Shown: piece by piece, positions 10,659 to 21,000 of the stretch | Position numbering within the stretch: position 1 is the stretch's first letter | Layout: the number at the start of each line of letters is the position of its first letter | Source: Candidatus Obscuribacteraceae bacterium | GTDB taxonomy: Bacteria > Cyanobacteriota > Vampirovibrionia > Obscuribacterales > Obscuribacteraceae | DNA: 64,000 nucleotides | Direction: 5' to 3' | Assembly: GCA_044226015.1 (NCBI GenBank) | Contig: JBGAHS010000007.1 | Span: 64,001 to 128,000, forward strand | The notes under the pieces: generated by a model | The model's input: the letters and a program-made list of their open reading frames with translations, nothing else | Database searches by the model: none | Told to the model about the DNA's origin: nothing | Position numbers and translations under genes: made by a program

Positions 10659-10961
10659 TTAATCATTAAAACTGATTTGCGGCTTGGAAGAAGTCTTGCA
10701 TTGCTTCGCGATGAAGTTGGCGGGAAGTGGACCGGTATAACTGCATGACCTGCAAGTCACCGTTTTGTCATCGGTTATCCAATCGCAGTCAGAGACACAA
10801 GTTTTTGATGAACGAGGCTTCTTAGTTTTGTCGCTACCAACATTCATCGCGGTAAAAAGCTGCTCGCAAAATGAGCAGCGCATGATGATAGTTTTGCCCT
10901 CAACATGCACTACCGGACCAAAATGTTTTTGATCGCAAAGATAGTAGTCGTAATCGTCCAC
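10659..10961 (-). CDS. Small Cys-rich hypothetical protein (putative zinc ribbon)
   Basis: CSFC and CRSC motifs; GTG start with upstream GGAGG-like sequence. Confidence 0.45.
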   Translation of the reverse strand: MDDYDYYLCDQKHFGPVVHVEGKTIIMRCSFCEQLFTAMNVGSDKTKKPRSSKTCVSDCDWITDDKTVTCRSCSYTGPLPANFIAKQCKTSSKPQISFND

Positions 10962-11238
10962 GGATTAGCCCCTAGCCTCCGGGAGAATTGTAAGACATTT
11001 TTGGCGATCTTCTATTGTAATTTTCCACAAGATGCGCATTTTTCCAGCGACAATGCTTGCTGGAAGCAACAATAATTCTTTGAATCTAGCGCTCCTTTGC
11101 AAGGCTGTATATCCCTTCTGGATATCTCAGATAGCCATTAAAAGATGATGGTCCGTTGTGTGCTGCTGCCTGGCAGTATCTTACGAGGCACCGCTGGTGG
11201 TGCATTAGTTACTCGGAAAATTCAAGCTCGCTTCTTGC

Positions 11239-11700
11239 CTAACAGTCTGGCGCAAAAATCTCAAGCCAGAGCAGGCTGCTATTCTCATCCATGGCGTTGC
11301 AGCAAGCGCGCATGCCCGGGCGTTCGAAAAATGCGCCTTCGTTTCTACTCACTCCGATGGCAACGAACTTTCCAAAAGCCGCGGTTAGTTCGCATATATT
11401 TGCTGGCACAAGAAATAGTTGTGACGCTCGTGCATCAATCCAGATTCGCGCGATTTTGTCATTTCCGTTGCGCACAGTCACGCGGACCTTTCCTTCTTTG
11501 AAGTCGTAAGTGATACCATTTGCTAATTCACTTTCTCCGCACACTTCACCGAGAATCTTTATTGCATCGTCTATGGAACTTACAGATGGGATAAGTCCCT
11601 GCCAGCCATCATTGAATTTCCACCCTGCGTTTTCAACGGACTCATCGCCTATAGAAACCGTTGGAAGGTCTTTTGAGTTGCTTTTTCCATTCGCATACAT
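11239..11700 (-). CDS. Hypothetical protein
   Basis: 153-aa ORF with globular-protein-like composition (WQGLIPSVSSIDDAIKILGE); family not recognised. Confidence 0.55.
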   Translation of the reverse strand: MYANGKSNSKDLPTVSIGDESVENAGWKFNDGWQGLIPSVSSIDDAIKILGEVCGESELANGITYDFKEGKVRVTVRNGNDKIARIWIDARASQLFLVPANICELTAAFGKFVAIGVSRNEGAFFERPGMRACCNAMDENSSLLWLEIFAPDC

Positions 11701-11762
11701 CTGGAGGTTCCTTGTAGTCCGCTGTGCTGATCATATCATTGCTCTAAAAACCGCCAGGGTGG

Positions 11763-11948
11763 TCTCAGGAGCGGAGCAGGATGGCGACGCTCTCAGGATC
11801 CGAGCTGGTGGTGACGCTTTCAGGATCCGAGCAGGATGGTGGCGCTCTCAGGATCCGAGCTGGTGGTGGCGCTCTCAGGATCCGAGCAGGATGGTGGCGC
11901 TCTCGGGATCGGAGCAGGATGGTGGCACTTCCAGGTCCGAGCAGGGTG
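11763..11948. repeat. Intergenic tandem repeat of about 6.5 units of 27/28 bp (TCTCAGGATCCGAGC[AGGA/TGG]TGGTGGCGC)
   Basis: Units start at 11763, 11791, 11818, 11846, 11873, 11901, with a degenerate unit at 11929; no unique spacers. Confidence 0.9.
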
Positions 11949-12079
11949 TCCGAGGATCGGAATCCGTCGGAATCGAAGCGGTTCCAGGATCCTCCACAGT
12001 AAGGCGAATTTCTCGATTCTGGCAAAGCACCTGGGAGCGCCGTCTTCGAAGATCTAAGAGTTCAATGAGCGGAGAATTA

Positions 12080-13552
12080 TTACGCCAAGAGCTGCGCTAG
12101 TCCGATGTTCCAAACCTGGTTGTTCTCTCGGTGCCAGGGAATCATAGACATCAAATTCTCGGGACTCTTCGCTTTGCCATTGTCCTTTCCTGGCTCCTTT
12201 TGCTTGGACTGTTCTTTTTGCTTCTCAGTCTGCTCTTTTGCTTCGGTCAAAATTTTCTCTTCGAATTCTTTCACCAATTTACGTTCGGCCTCTGTATTTT
12301 CTTTCAGCATACCGTCTGCGTTTCGGATATATCGAGCTGCGCCTCCAGAGTCAGATCCATAGCGTGCATCAATTTCGACCTGGTCACCTTTCTTAGCAGC
12401 TTCGTGGAGAGCAGGGCTCTCTTTCAGCAGCTGCTCACGGTCCTTGCCACCAAGCCTATACATCATCAAGCCCTCAGCATACATCTCAAGCGGGCTAGGG
12501 AAATAATAGGTCAGTGGCTTCACAAGCGCATTTTCTGAGACATCGGTTCGCTTTAACTGTTTTGCTGCTTTGAACGAACCTGCTTTCCCACCCTTATCAT
12601 CGAGCGGGTTGCCATCGCTGTCGCATTTCACCCAAACCTTGCTGTCTTTGCAATGGTCTTTTCCGTAGCGGAAAAATTCACCGCTTTTCCCTTTCATTAT
12701 GTAATCGGTGGCGCCATTCTTGTCAATAATTGGAACCCAACCAATAGACTTTGCGAGCTTCTCTTTCTCCGCAGGAGTGTACCAGCCAGTTTTCGCCTGA
12801 TGATTGTGTGACAGCTCATGAGTAGTCAGCGCTTCAACGCTCATCAAATGGTTTCGCTTAAATCGTGCAGAGTCTCTTTCTGTTGCAGGTTTGCTCTTGT
12901 TCGCTCCTGGTTCGAAGAACACTGATGGATTGCCATCTTTGTCCGCTGAAGTGAAGTAAGCGAGCACCGGCTGCTCTTTGTAATAGTTGGTTTCCAGAAA
13001 GTGGAACTTAACCCCTGTTTTATTCACTGTTATGTCACTGGGTTGGCAGCGATACAGGGCTGCCTGTATTCCATGAATCTCAATCATGTTTGGGTTGCGA
13101 GCTTTGATCATCTCGCCGCGTTCCCAGCTGCAATCAGCTTTCTCTATCCATTGTTTGACCACATCATCGCCTGCTTTGCTGAAGGTCACGCTGAAGGTCT
13201 TCTCGAGTTCTTTCATTTTCTCAAGAACTTGTTCAGTCAATTTTTTGTCGGCTTCTTCGAGACCCTTCGTGGTAGCGTCTGTGGTGGCTAGGATTTTATC
13301 TTTTCCATCATAACTAATTGAATACTCGAACTTCTCACCCTTGCGTGTGACGGTTACCGCAGTCTTTGTTTCAAAATCACTAATTTCTTTTGCTAGCGGT
13401 TCTTCGTTTCCAGCTTTGCTGCTGTCGGATAGCCTGAGTTCAGCAGCATCTCTTGAGTCTTTATTCTCGCGGGCATCATCGACGCTTCGTTGACAGCGCT
13501 CGCAGCCGCAAGTAGATTTGCGCATTTCGTCTGCGCGAACAGTTGAATCCAT
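12080..13552 (-). CDS. Hypothetical protein with zincin-type HEXXH motif (putative metallopeptidase)
   Basis: THELSH plus downstream EMYAEG candidate third ligand; ATG at 13552 has a GAGGT RBS (ORF track start 13594). Confidence 0.6.
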   Translation of the reverse strand: MDSTVRADEMRKSTCGCERCQRSVDDARENKDSRDAAELRLSDSSKAGNEEPLAKEISDFETKTAVTVTRKGEKFEYSISYDGKDKILATTDATTKGLEEADKKLTEQVLEKMKELEKTFSVTFSKAGDDVVKQWIEKADCSWERGEMIKARNPNMIEIHGIQAALYRCQPSDITVNKTGVKFHFLETNYYKEQPVLAYFTSADKDGNPSVFFEPGANKSKPATERDSARFKRNHLMSVEALTTHELSHNHQAKTGWYTPAEKEKLAKSIGWVPIIDKNGATDYIMKGKSGEFFRYGKDHCKDSKVWVKCDSDGNPLDDKGGKAGSFKAAKQLKRTDVSENALVKPLTYYFPSPLEMYAEGLMMYRLGGKDREQLLKESPALHEAAKKGDQVEIDARYGSDSGGAARYIRNADGMLKENTEAERKLVKEFEEKILTEAKEQTEKQKEQSKQKEPGKDNGKAKSPENLMSMIPWHRENNQVWNIGLAQLLA

Positions 13553-13931
13553 CGCAAGGACCTCGCTACATACGTAGTCGCCAGTCCTTACCAACCCACT
13601 CGAATACTATTGGTGTTGCACTTTCATAACAATCGTAGAAGCCCCACTAATAGGTGCTGCGCGTATGAACTTACTCTCATCGCTGAATGGACGGGCTCCA
13701 TGATTTGCTCAGAGATAGGCTCTGACGTAGGCAGATGGCTTACAGACATGGAGGAATCGCTGCGCTATCAAGTGTTTTCTTCTCGCCGAAACCTTCTATA
13801 ATTGCCTATTCATTCTCTTTGCACAGTGAACAGTAAATCGGGCAAGCTTTTGCGAGGAGTGCGAGTCATATGCTTTCGTGTGCTAATTACATTTGAAAAG
13901 CTGCGGTTGAGTTGAGCAACAGGAAATCGGC

Positions 13932-14939
13932 ATGTACGTTCGAAAAGACATCTCTTTTAAGATCATCTGGTTCTTCTCAAAGACTCCGCTGATTCTGTTC
14001 TCTGCGCTTGCCGTTTCTGCCTATTGCAGCTATGTTTATTTGCACTGGAAATTTGTTGCCATACCATTTTTGCCTGTTGCGACAATTGGTACGGCAGTGG
14101 CTTTCTACGTGGGCTTTAAGAACAACGCTTCTTATGAGCGCCTCTGGGAGGCAAGAAAAATATGGGCGGAGATTGCGCATCTCTGCCGTTTCTGGGCAAT
14201 GATGCTGACGCAAACCTATGTCCTCGATGCCGACGGCAACGAGCAAAATCTTCTTGTCGCACGTCGACTTGTCTACAGGCAAATCGCATGGGCTTACTGT
14301 CTCAGCGTTGAGCTGCGATCAGAATATGCGTTTGAAAAATTGTGCAGCGAACGAATCTCACAGGTACAGGTGGTGGCTCACCATAAAGCCAATCAAGGTG
14401 CTGGCTTGCAAGAGATTCTCGAGACTTTTACTTGTCCGCACGAGGCAATAGAGATTCTTGAATCAAACAATATGAGCGCTATGTTGCTGGCGAAGCAAAT
14501 TAACGACTTAAATCATTTGCGCAGGGCGGGCATTTCGAGTGATGAATACTCGAAACTCTGCGATGTTATTCAAGCTTGCAGTCAACAGCAATCTGCCGCT
14601 GAACGCATAAATCGATTTCCATTTCCTCGACAATACGCTTATTTTAGCTCGCTTTTCGTCAATATCTTTATTCTGCTTCTCCCCTTTTCTTTGTTAAACG
14701 AGCTTGCCAAAAATGACTCTATGCTGCTCTGGACTGTCGTGCCAATGAGCATTTTGACTTCATGGGTCTTTTATACAATGGAAAAAGTTGGTGACACCAG
14801 CGAAAATCCGTTCGAAAACGGACTCAACGATGTTCCTATGACGAGCATCTGCAGAGATATAGAAATAGACCTCAAAGCAATGCTCAGCGAGACTTCCTTG
14901 CCTGATCGCCTTGGTGCGAAGGAAGGAATTTTGATGTAG
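13932..14939 (+). CDS. Bestrophin-family ion channel (YneE-like)
   Basis: GFKNNASYERLWEAR, ERINRFPFPRQY, ENPFENGLNDVPM motifs; four TM segments. Confidence 0.9.
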   Translation: MYVRKDISFKIIWFFSKTPLILFSALAVSAYCSYVYLHWKFVAIPFLPVATIGTAVAFYVGFKNNASYERLWEARKIWAEIAHLCRFWAMMLTQTYVLDADGNEQNLLVARRLVYRQIAWAYCLSVELRSEYAFEKLCSERISQVQVVAHHKANQGAGLQEILETFTCPHEAIEILESNNMSAMLLAKQINDLNHLRRAGISSDEYSKLCDVIQACSQQQSAAERINRFPFPRQYAYFSSLFVNIFILLLPFSLLNELAKNDSMLLWTVVPMSILTSWVFYTMEKVGDTSENPFENGLNDVPMTSICRDIEIDLKAMLSETSLPDRLGAKEGILM

Positions 14940-14942
14940 CGC

Positions 14943-17324
14943 TTAGAGGTTCGAGAAGTTTCTCGAAGAATAAACGCGACGTGAGAACGATAGATAGCTT
15001 TCTACTCTGTTAATTGCGTCTGTGTAGTCCTTTCCTTTTACCGGATCATCGATTGCTAATCCTGGTAGTGGTGCGCCCGCTTCCGGTTCGCCTTGTGCTT
15101 GTTGTTGTCTGGGTTGTTGATTATCTGATTTAGCTGCTGTTTGAACTCGCTGCTCAGCGCCAGCACTTTGCTTAGTCTCGACTTTCTCTTCGACTACGCT
15201 AGTGCTCTTGCTTGCTGCGGTCTGTGGAATTTCTTGTGCTGGTGCCGGTGCCGCTGGAGCTGCAGCTACAGCTGTCTGAGCGTTGCCCGTGCTTGTGTTA
15301 CCAGTGTACTTTTGAACCAGGTCCTTGATTTCGACACTGTTGCCGTAGTCATTGACCCAACCGTAGTGGTTTGGAGTTTGATTCAATGCTACTGGACGCC
15401 TGGAGAAATAATGGTCATCTCTTGAAGGCTTTTGCTTTCTTGAACGCTTTCTTGAAACAGCTGGTGGCTTTGGCTTCTCTTCGCGAACTTCAGCTGCTTC
15501 TTCTGCCATTGGCTTTGGAATTGCTACCTCAGTTTCTGGCATAGCGACACCGGTTTCGTCAGAGCGCTTGATTTGCACAGGAGCTTCAACGTGTGATGGA
15601 GAGTGCGCTGCATTAGACGCTGTCGAGATGCTCATGCTGATGGAAACACTGCTGTGCGCATCAGCTGTTGAAACGTTGGAGACCGGTTTGACGATTTCAG
15701 CTTTCTCTGGTTCTGCGCCTGGAATGTAGGGCGCGAATTCTTCTTCGGTTTCAGTTGGAACGACCATTGGCGCCGGAGCAGCTGCTACCGCCTGAATCTG
15801 CATCGGAGCAGAGGTTCCGTTCATGTAAGGCGCGGAATATGCTGCCGGACGAAGTACTGGGTTCGAGTTAAAGCCGCCTGGGCGAACGATTGGCAAAGGC
15901 AGTGTTGCTGGTCTGATCGTCGGCGCAATTGAAGGGATCGGGGCTGGCGCAACAGGTTGTGCTGCGCGAGCTCTTTCCGTAGCTCTCTGTTCAGCGTCCT
16001 GGTCTGCCACTGCCAGTGGTGGAATGACTTCAGCTGTAGGATGAAGCTTCTTGCCTTTCTTTTGTTCGCTGCTATCGCTTTCTTCTGCGATGGCTTTCAC
16101 TGATGACTCTGTCGCAGTGCTTGCTGCTTCAGCTGCAATCTGGGCGTTCTCTTGAACTGTTGGCGCCACTGGCGCCTGTGTAACAGGTGATGCCGCGCGT
16201 GTCAGTTCTTCTGAAAGTGAACTGAGAGTTTCAGCGTCAACACTTGAATCATTGCTAGCTACCACGCTTTCGTCTGCGTGCTCGACTACAGGCACTTCCT
16301 CGTCTGACTCAGCATCTATGTTCGCATAAGCATCGAGGAATGATGATTTTGAATCGGAAGAGAACAGGGTATTGATAGCCGCCAGAATAGGAGCAGATGT
16401 CGGCTCGGTCGACGTAGCTTCTTCTGTTGAAAAACTTGTCGGCTTTGGTTCAGCTAGAGCTTCACTAGAGTCAAAGTTCAAATCAACTTTGATCTTAGGC
16501 TCATTCGCTGTCAGATCGCTAGGCAATTCCGGCTGTGCTTCTGCCTGTACTGGAAGTTCGCTTGCTGCTGCAACATTCTGTCTGCTTGAAGCCTCTGTCT
16601 TAGCTTCTTCTGACTGTTGCTGCGGCGCAAAATTCATCGGCTCGGCAACTTCTTCTATTTCAAAATAAAGGCGAGCAAGGCGCAATGGTAGTGCAATAGC
16701 ATCAGAGAATCCACGATTTGCCATCATGTTCAGATGCGACAAAATCTCTCTGGAAACAGTTCTGTCTTCGGATGCGAGTTGATATTCGCTGACAGCTTTT
16801 TCGAAGTTTCTTGATTGACGGTAGAGCTCACCCATAATGAGGTGAGTCATTCCATCGTCACAGAGTCTCTGTGGCGAACTCGATACACCCTTTTCGTGTT
16901 CATAGATTGCCAGCTCGAGCCAGAGCGAATCAGCTTCGCCTGCTTCTCTTGCGCACCATAAACCGTTCAGCGCTATGAATGCAATGTCGAGTGAGTGAAC
17001 TTTGTTTTGACGAGCCCACTTAACCGCCAGAGCGTATTTCTTGCTTGGTTCGATTTTTGCTTCGCGACGAAGCAACTCTGGCTTGAGGCGGAAAGGTTTG
17101 AATGCGGATGTCCATGCACTGTATTTGCAAACTGGGCAGCATGAGAGGAGTGCCGAGCGAAGTTCGGCGTCCTTAAATACGCGATGCAGGTCGGCTTCTA
17201 TGGTGTCAGTGGTGTTTACCTTGCGCGACTCGACCACAATCTCCGTGGTGAACGGCTGTTGACACTCGGGGCAGCCGACAACTGCCTCCTCTAATATGAA
17301 TCCATCTATTTTGCGTTGTGCCAT
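14943..17324 (-). CDS. DUF2225-like Zn/TPR domain fused to a ~570-aa low-complexity acidic Ala/Pro/Ser tail
   Basis: CPEC...EADLHRVF...CPVCKYSAW; ALNGLWCARE; LIMGELYRQ; paralogous to 7034..7720. Confidence 0.75.
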   Translation of the reverse strand: MAQRKIDGFILEEAVVGCPECQQPFTTEIVVESRKVNTTDTIEADLHRVFKDAELRSALLSCCPVCKYSAWTSAFKPFRLKPELLRREAKIEPSKKYALAVKWARQNKVHSLDIAFIALNGLWCAREAGEADSLWLELAIYEHEKGVSSSPQRLCDDGMTHLIMGELYRQSRNFEKAVSEYQLASEDRTVSREILSHLNMMANRGFSDAIALPLRLARLYFEIEEVAEPMNFAPQQQSEEAKTEASSRQNVAAASELPVQAEAQPELPSDLTANEPKIKVDLNFDSSEALAEPKPTSFSTEEATSTEPTSAPILAAINTLFSSDSKSSFLDAYANIDAESDEEVPVVEHADESVVASNDSSVDAETLSSLSEELTRAASPVTQAPVAPTVQENAQIAAEAASTATESSVKAIAEESDSSEQKKGKKLHPTAEVIPPLAVADQDAEQRATERARAAQPVAPAPIPSIAPTIRPATLPLPIVRPGGFNSNPVLRPAAYSAPYMNGTSAPMQIQAVAAAPAPMVVPTETEEEFAPYIPGAEPEKAEIVKPVSNVSTADAHSSVSISMSISTASNAAHSPSHVEAPVQIKRSDETGVAMPETEVAIPKPMAEEAAEVREEKPKPPAVSRKRSRKQKPSRDDHYFSRRPVALNQTPNHYGWVNDYGNSVEIKDLVQKYTGNTSTGNAQTAVAAAPAAPAPAQEIPQTAASKSTSVVEEKVETKQSAGAEQRVQTAAKSDNQQPRQQQAQGEPEAGAPLPGLAIDDPVKGKDYTDAINRVESYLSFSRRVYSSRNFSNL

Positions 17325-17384
17325 TTAAGAAGCGTAAATTACTTTAATCCCAGACCATGTAAAGCTTAAGGTTTACACGCGCTC

Positions 17385-17426
17385 GGGTAAATTGGGAGAA
17401 TTCCCATACCTATGTGGATTATCCCC
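17385..17426. promoter_or_regulatory. Tandem operator-like sites TGGGAGAATTCCCA (17393) and TGTGGATTATCCCC (17413)
   Basis: 20-bp spacing; preceded by GGTAAAT as in the 7821 region; lies between divergent genes. Confidence 0.6.
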
Positions 17427-17522
17427 CAGAGCTTTCGCCCCGCGACTGCTAAGGCAGATGTCCAGGCAGTTCCAGTATGATTCAGGTAGTTGAAAGATTT
17501 TTGGAAGTTTTATGCCAGTTTT

Positions 17523-17951
17523 ATGCCAGTAGTCGATGTTGAGGTCACAAAATTGGTTGGTGCTGATCCCGAGAAGGTTTTCAAAATTCTCGTGGAGCCT
17601 GAACATCACCGCCGCATCTTGCCTGACGAGTTTTCGAGCTTCACTGTTGATTCCGAGGGCATTTTTCACGTGGAGATTAAGAGTGGCATGATCAAAAAGA
17701 AGCTCAGCCTGCTTCCGGAAGTAGTTACACCAAATGTGCTCTTTCGCGAAACAGATTTGGAGACATCTGTTGTCACTGAGTTCAAGGTGAAATCGCATCC
17801 TGATGGTTCTCTTGTTTCGATTCACACCAGATATTCAAAACAGGGATTGGCTGGATTTATAGAGTCCTTTTTTGCACCAGACTTTCTCAAACAGCTATAC
17901 GAGGCTGAGCTGACGAAGCTCTGCCGCTACGCACTTTTGGATATTGCCTGA
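17523..17951 (+). CDS. SRPBCC/START-fold (polyketide cyclase-like) protein
   Basis: VEVTKLVGADPEKVFKILVEPEHHRRILP...LKQLYEAELTKL pattern; ATG at 17523. Confidence 0.75.
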   Translation: MPVVDVEVTKLVGADPEKVFKILVEPEHHRRILPDEFSSFTVDSEGIFHVEIKSGMIKKKLSLLPEVVTPNVLFRETDLETSVVTEFKVKSHPDGSLVSIHTRYSKQGLAGFIESFFAPDFLKQLYEAELTKLCRYALLDIA

Positions 17952-17967
17952 GGACCCTGAACGCGGA

Positions 17968-18037
17968 AGCGCTGTCTGGGGAGCGCTGTCTGGGAGCGCT
18001 GGCTTCCAGCTTCTGATGCTGCTGTCTGGGAGCGCTG
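17968..18037. repeat. Short intergenic direct repeats (AGCGCTGTCTGGG, 3 copies plus a partial)
   Basis: Copies near 17968, 17982 and 18021, between convergent stop codons. Confidence 0.7.
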
Positions 18038-18064
18038 AGCTAAACGCTAGCGTTGGGCTGCCGC

Positions 18065-21000
18065 TTAGGCGTCATCGCCGCCGCCACCTGGAGCAAATCG
18101 TTTTGCAGACTTCACGATTCGGTCAATCAAATCTGCGGAGAAGTTGTTTGGATTTTTCGCACTGTAGCTAGGATCGCGCTGAACCATCTTGATGATAGCC
18201 GGGCTAATCTTCACGTGACCCCAATCTGGGTCTGATGCATGCGACGAACGCAGCTGGTCGATTGCGGAAGCAACTTCAAGATTTCCGAGATTGATGTCTT
18301 TAGAACGTCCATCGTTGTCCAGGTATTCCTCAACGACACGAATATGTTGCGGTGTGGTTCCGCCACCACCCATGATGCGGGTAACGACGTTGATTGCTTG
18401 AGGACTGTATGGGTGCGAGCCGCCATCTCTGACCAACATTTCGACAGCTTTGGAATCTGTCCATTGCGTGTCTGAGAAGTTGCCACCCTGACGAGACAGC
18501 GCGATGGCTTTCTGTACCACGGTGCCAGACGATGAGCCTCTGCTTTCGAGTGCGTCGACCACTTCAACCACTGTCATTGAGCTTGTATCGATGCCATGTG
18601 ATGAGGCTTCTGCCCGAGCGATATTATCGAATACAACTGCAGCAGAATTCGGGTTCTTAACGACTTGCTGAACCTGAATGGTTCCTTTGGCGATTTTTTC
18701 GATGTCGCCCCATGGAACGGTGTCATTGATAGCATAGCCTTGCTGTGCTGCAACTTCGATAACTTGCGGAGCGACAGAGCCTGAACCACCATGAGAGTAG
18801 GCTTTCTCTGCCAGAATAATGCGTGCCTGGTCCATGCTTCCAACCGAGCCGCCATTGCGCTCGTAGCTGACCAATGCTTCCAATGTGCTTGCGCTTCTGT
18901 CGACGCCGACCGTGTTGCAGGTCTTCGCGACGATGTTGAGTGCTCTCTGACCAGCCACCGAGCTGAGTCCAGCAGCGCCGTAATTCGCGAGGAATCCGTA
19001 CACATCTGCCATCGCTGGTGTGGAGAGTTGAGCCATCGGAACTCTGGCTGTCTGTGCTTGAGACAGAACCCCGCCAGTTTCTTCCATGATGACTTGCATC
19101 GCTTGAGCGTGGCTCTGACCAGCCGCCGGAACGATGACTGCTGCAAGGTCTGAGTAGGTGGAGATGCCGCTGATGTTTGCATTTGAAGGAATGAAATTCA
19201 TTCTGCGAGCTGTCTCTGGCATTCTTGCGATCAGTGAGCTGTATGCCGTGCCGTAGTCGACTTGAGCGGCGCTCGCAACTGCTGCAGTGCCAGCCATGAG
19301 TTGTGGAGCCATTGTAGAGTTGAGGTCGGCCTGACCGGTGGTTTGGTACATGACGAGTGATTGTTCAACTTCAGCAGCTGACAAAGATCGTGCCATTTCG
19401 CCATGACCGAGTGCAAATACTGATGGATGCTCGTTTCCGTACATCTCTTTGGCACGCTGATAGGTGTAGGACAATGCCGCGAATACGGCTTGCTTTCTGC
19501 GTGCTGGGTGCATGCCCTGAATAGACATGTTCTGCATCGCGCCTCTTGTGTCGGCGCCGATTGGAATACCGCTTGATACCAGAGCATCCGTAGCTGGTCC
19601 AATGTTTCTGTTCCATGGAGATTCGCTGGAGTCTGGGTTGGTGATGAGGTGAACAGCCATAGCGTCTTGCTCGTCGCCCCACTCTCCATATCTGCCGCGC
19701 AGGTAGTCGGTGTATGCGTTGCCTTTCTGCTTGGACACATAAGCTTGTGAGCCCTTCACAGCTTGCTCGAACATCGCCTGTTGGAATCTTTGCTTGGAGA
19801 TAGCTGTCCTGTTCCAGCTGCTGCCGGTGTTGCTCAACCAGTTGGCTGCCATGTTTTCCAGTGCGCCCTTAGGCTGATGAGCGCCAGCATCCATCGCGGA
19901 TTTTCTTGCTGCGTCTCTTGCAGGGTCGTCAGTTGATACGTTGTTGGCGAAACCTGCAGAGTAGATTGCGTGAGCCATTTCAGAATCGCTAGCGCCTTCA
20001 GCGATGTTGACGCGCTGAATACCATTGGCGGTGCTACCGAGAGCAGATGTTCTCTTCTGTCCTACGCGCAAACCGACACCATCAACCGACGTCAATTTAC
20101 CGAGCAATTTTCTTGTGTCAACGTGAATTAAGTTCGACTCGTTCCAACCTTCAGCAGTTGATTTGCCCCACTCGAATTTATCGCCTGGTGGCTTGAGTCC
20201 GCCTTCGCCATCAGGCGGAGGTCCCTTCGGCGCTTCGGGTGGTCCGGATGCTGTTGGTTTGCCTTCTGCGCCAGCTGCCAGTGCGCCAGCCAGAGCGCCG
20301 AGACCTGCCGCAGCCACTACGCCGCCAGTCTTCACGTCTTTCTTTGGCGGAACTGGAACTGTGGTCGAGAGTGATTTTTCTCCGATTCCTTTGTCGCCTG
20401 GCTTGCCTTCTGCCGTCTTGAGTTTGGGGTCGGTCTTGTCGATAGGTGGAACTGCGCCACTCTTGCCCAGTCCATCGCCTGTGCCTGTACCGAGCGGTTT
20501 CATCGCTGGAGCTGGTCCACTTGCAGCCAGTTTGCTTGGGTCAGCGGCGCCATCTTTCTGAGTTACTTTGTTCAAGCTGTTCAGCAATTCAGGATTTGAG
20601 CTCTTGCCAGGTAAGCCGTTCATAGCGGCATCTTTTGTGACATTGAGACCTTTGTCGGCAAATCTGTCGTTGGTGAACCAGTTGATACCTTTATCTGTCA
20701 ATGCTGTGCTCATGTCCTTCAGTCCACCCAGTGCTTTACTGAATGTTCCGAAGACCAGACCTGCCGTGACGAAGTCTGATACTGGGCTGATTTGTGCGCG
20801 ACCGAGGAAGCTTGGCACTTGAATCATCAGCTGCAGTACGCCGATAGAAATGAGAATTTTGCCCCAGGGGTTGAAGTTAGAGAAAAGGATGATGGTCATC
20901 ACTTTTAGCAAGCCGACCCATACGAATGTCCACAAGCTGGTTTCAACGAAGGCGCGCACATAGCCGGTTGCATAACTTTCTGTGTCAGGTGTTGCAAAAA

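Noticed and set aside
11763..11948. CRISPR array
   Set aside because: Repeat units are contiguous with no unique spacers, and there are no cas genes in the window.
11510..12100. ORFs spanning the 27/28-bp repeat (11510..12100, 11765..12025, 11781..12002, 11836..12057)
   Set aside because: They are open only because the GC-rich repeat lacks stop codons; unit lengths are not consistently multiples of three.
17373..17825. 150-aa minus-strand ORF
   Set aside because: Antisense to the recognisable SRPBCC gene.
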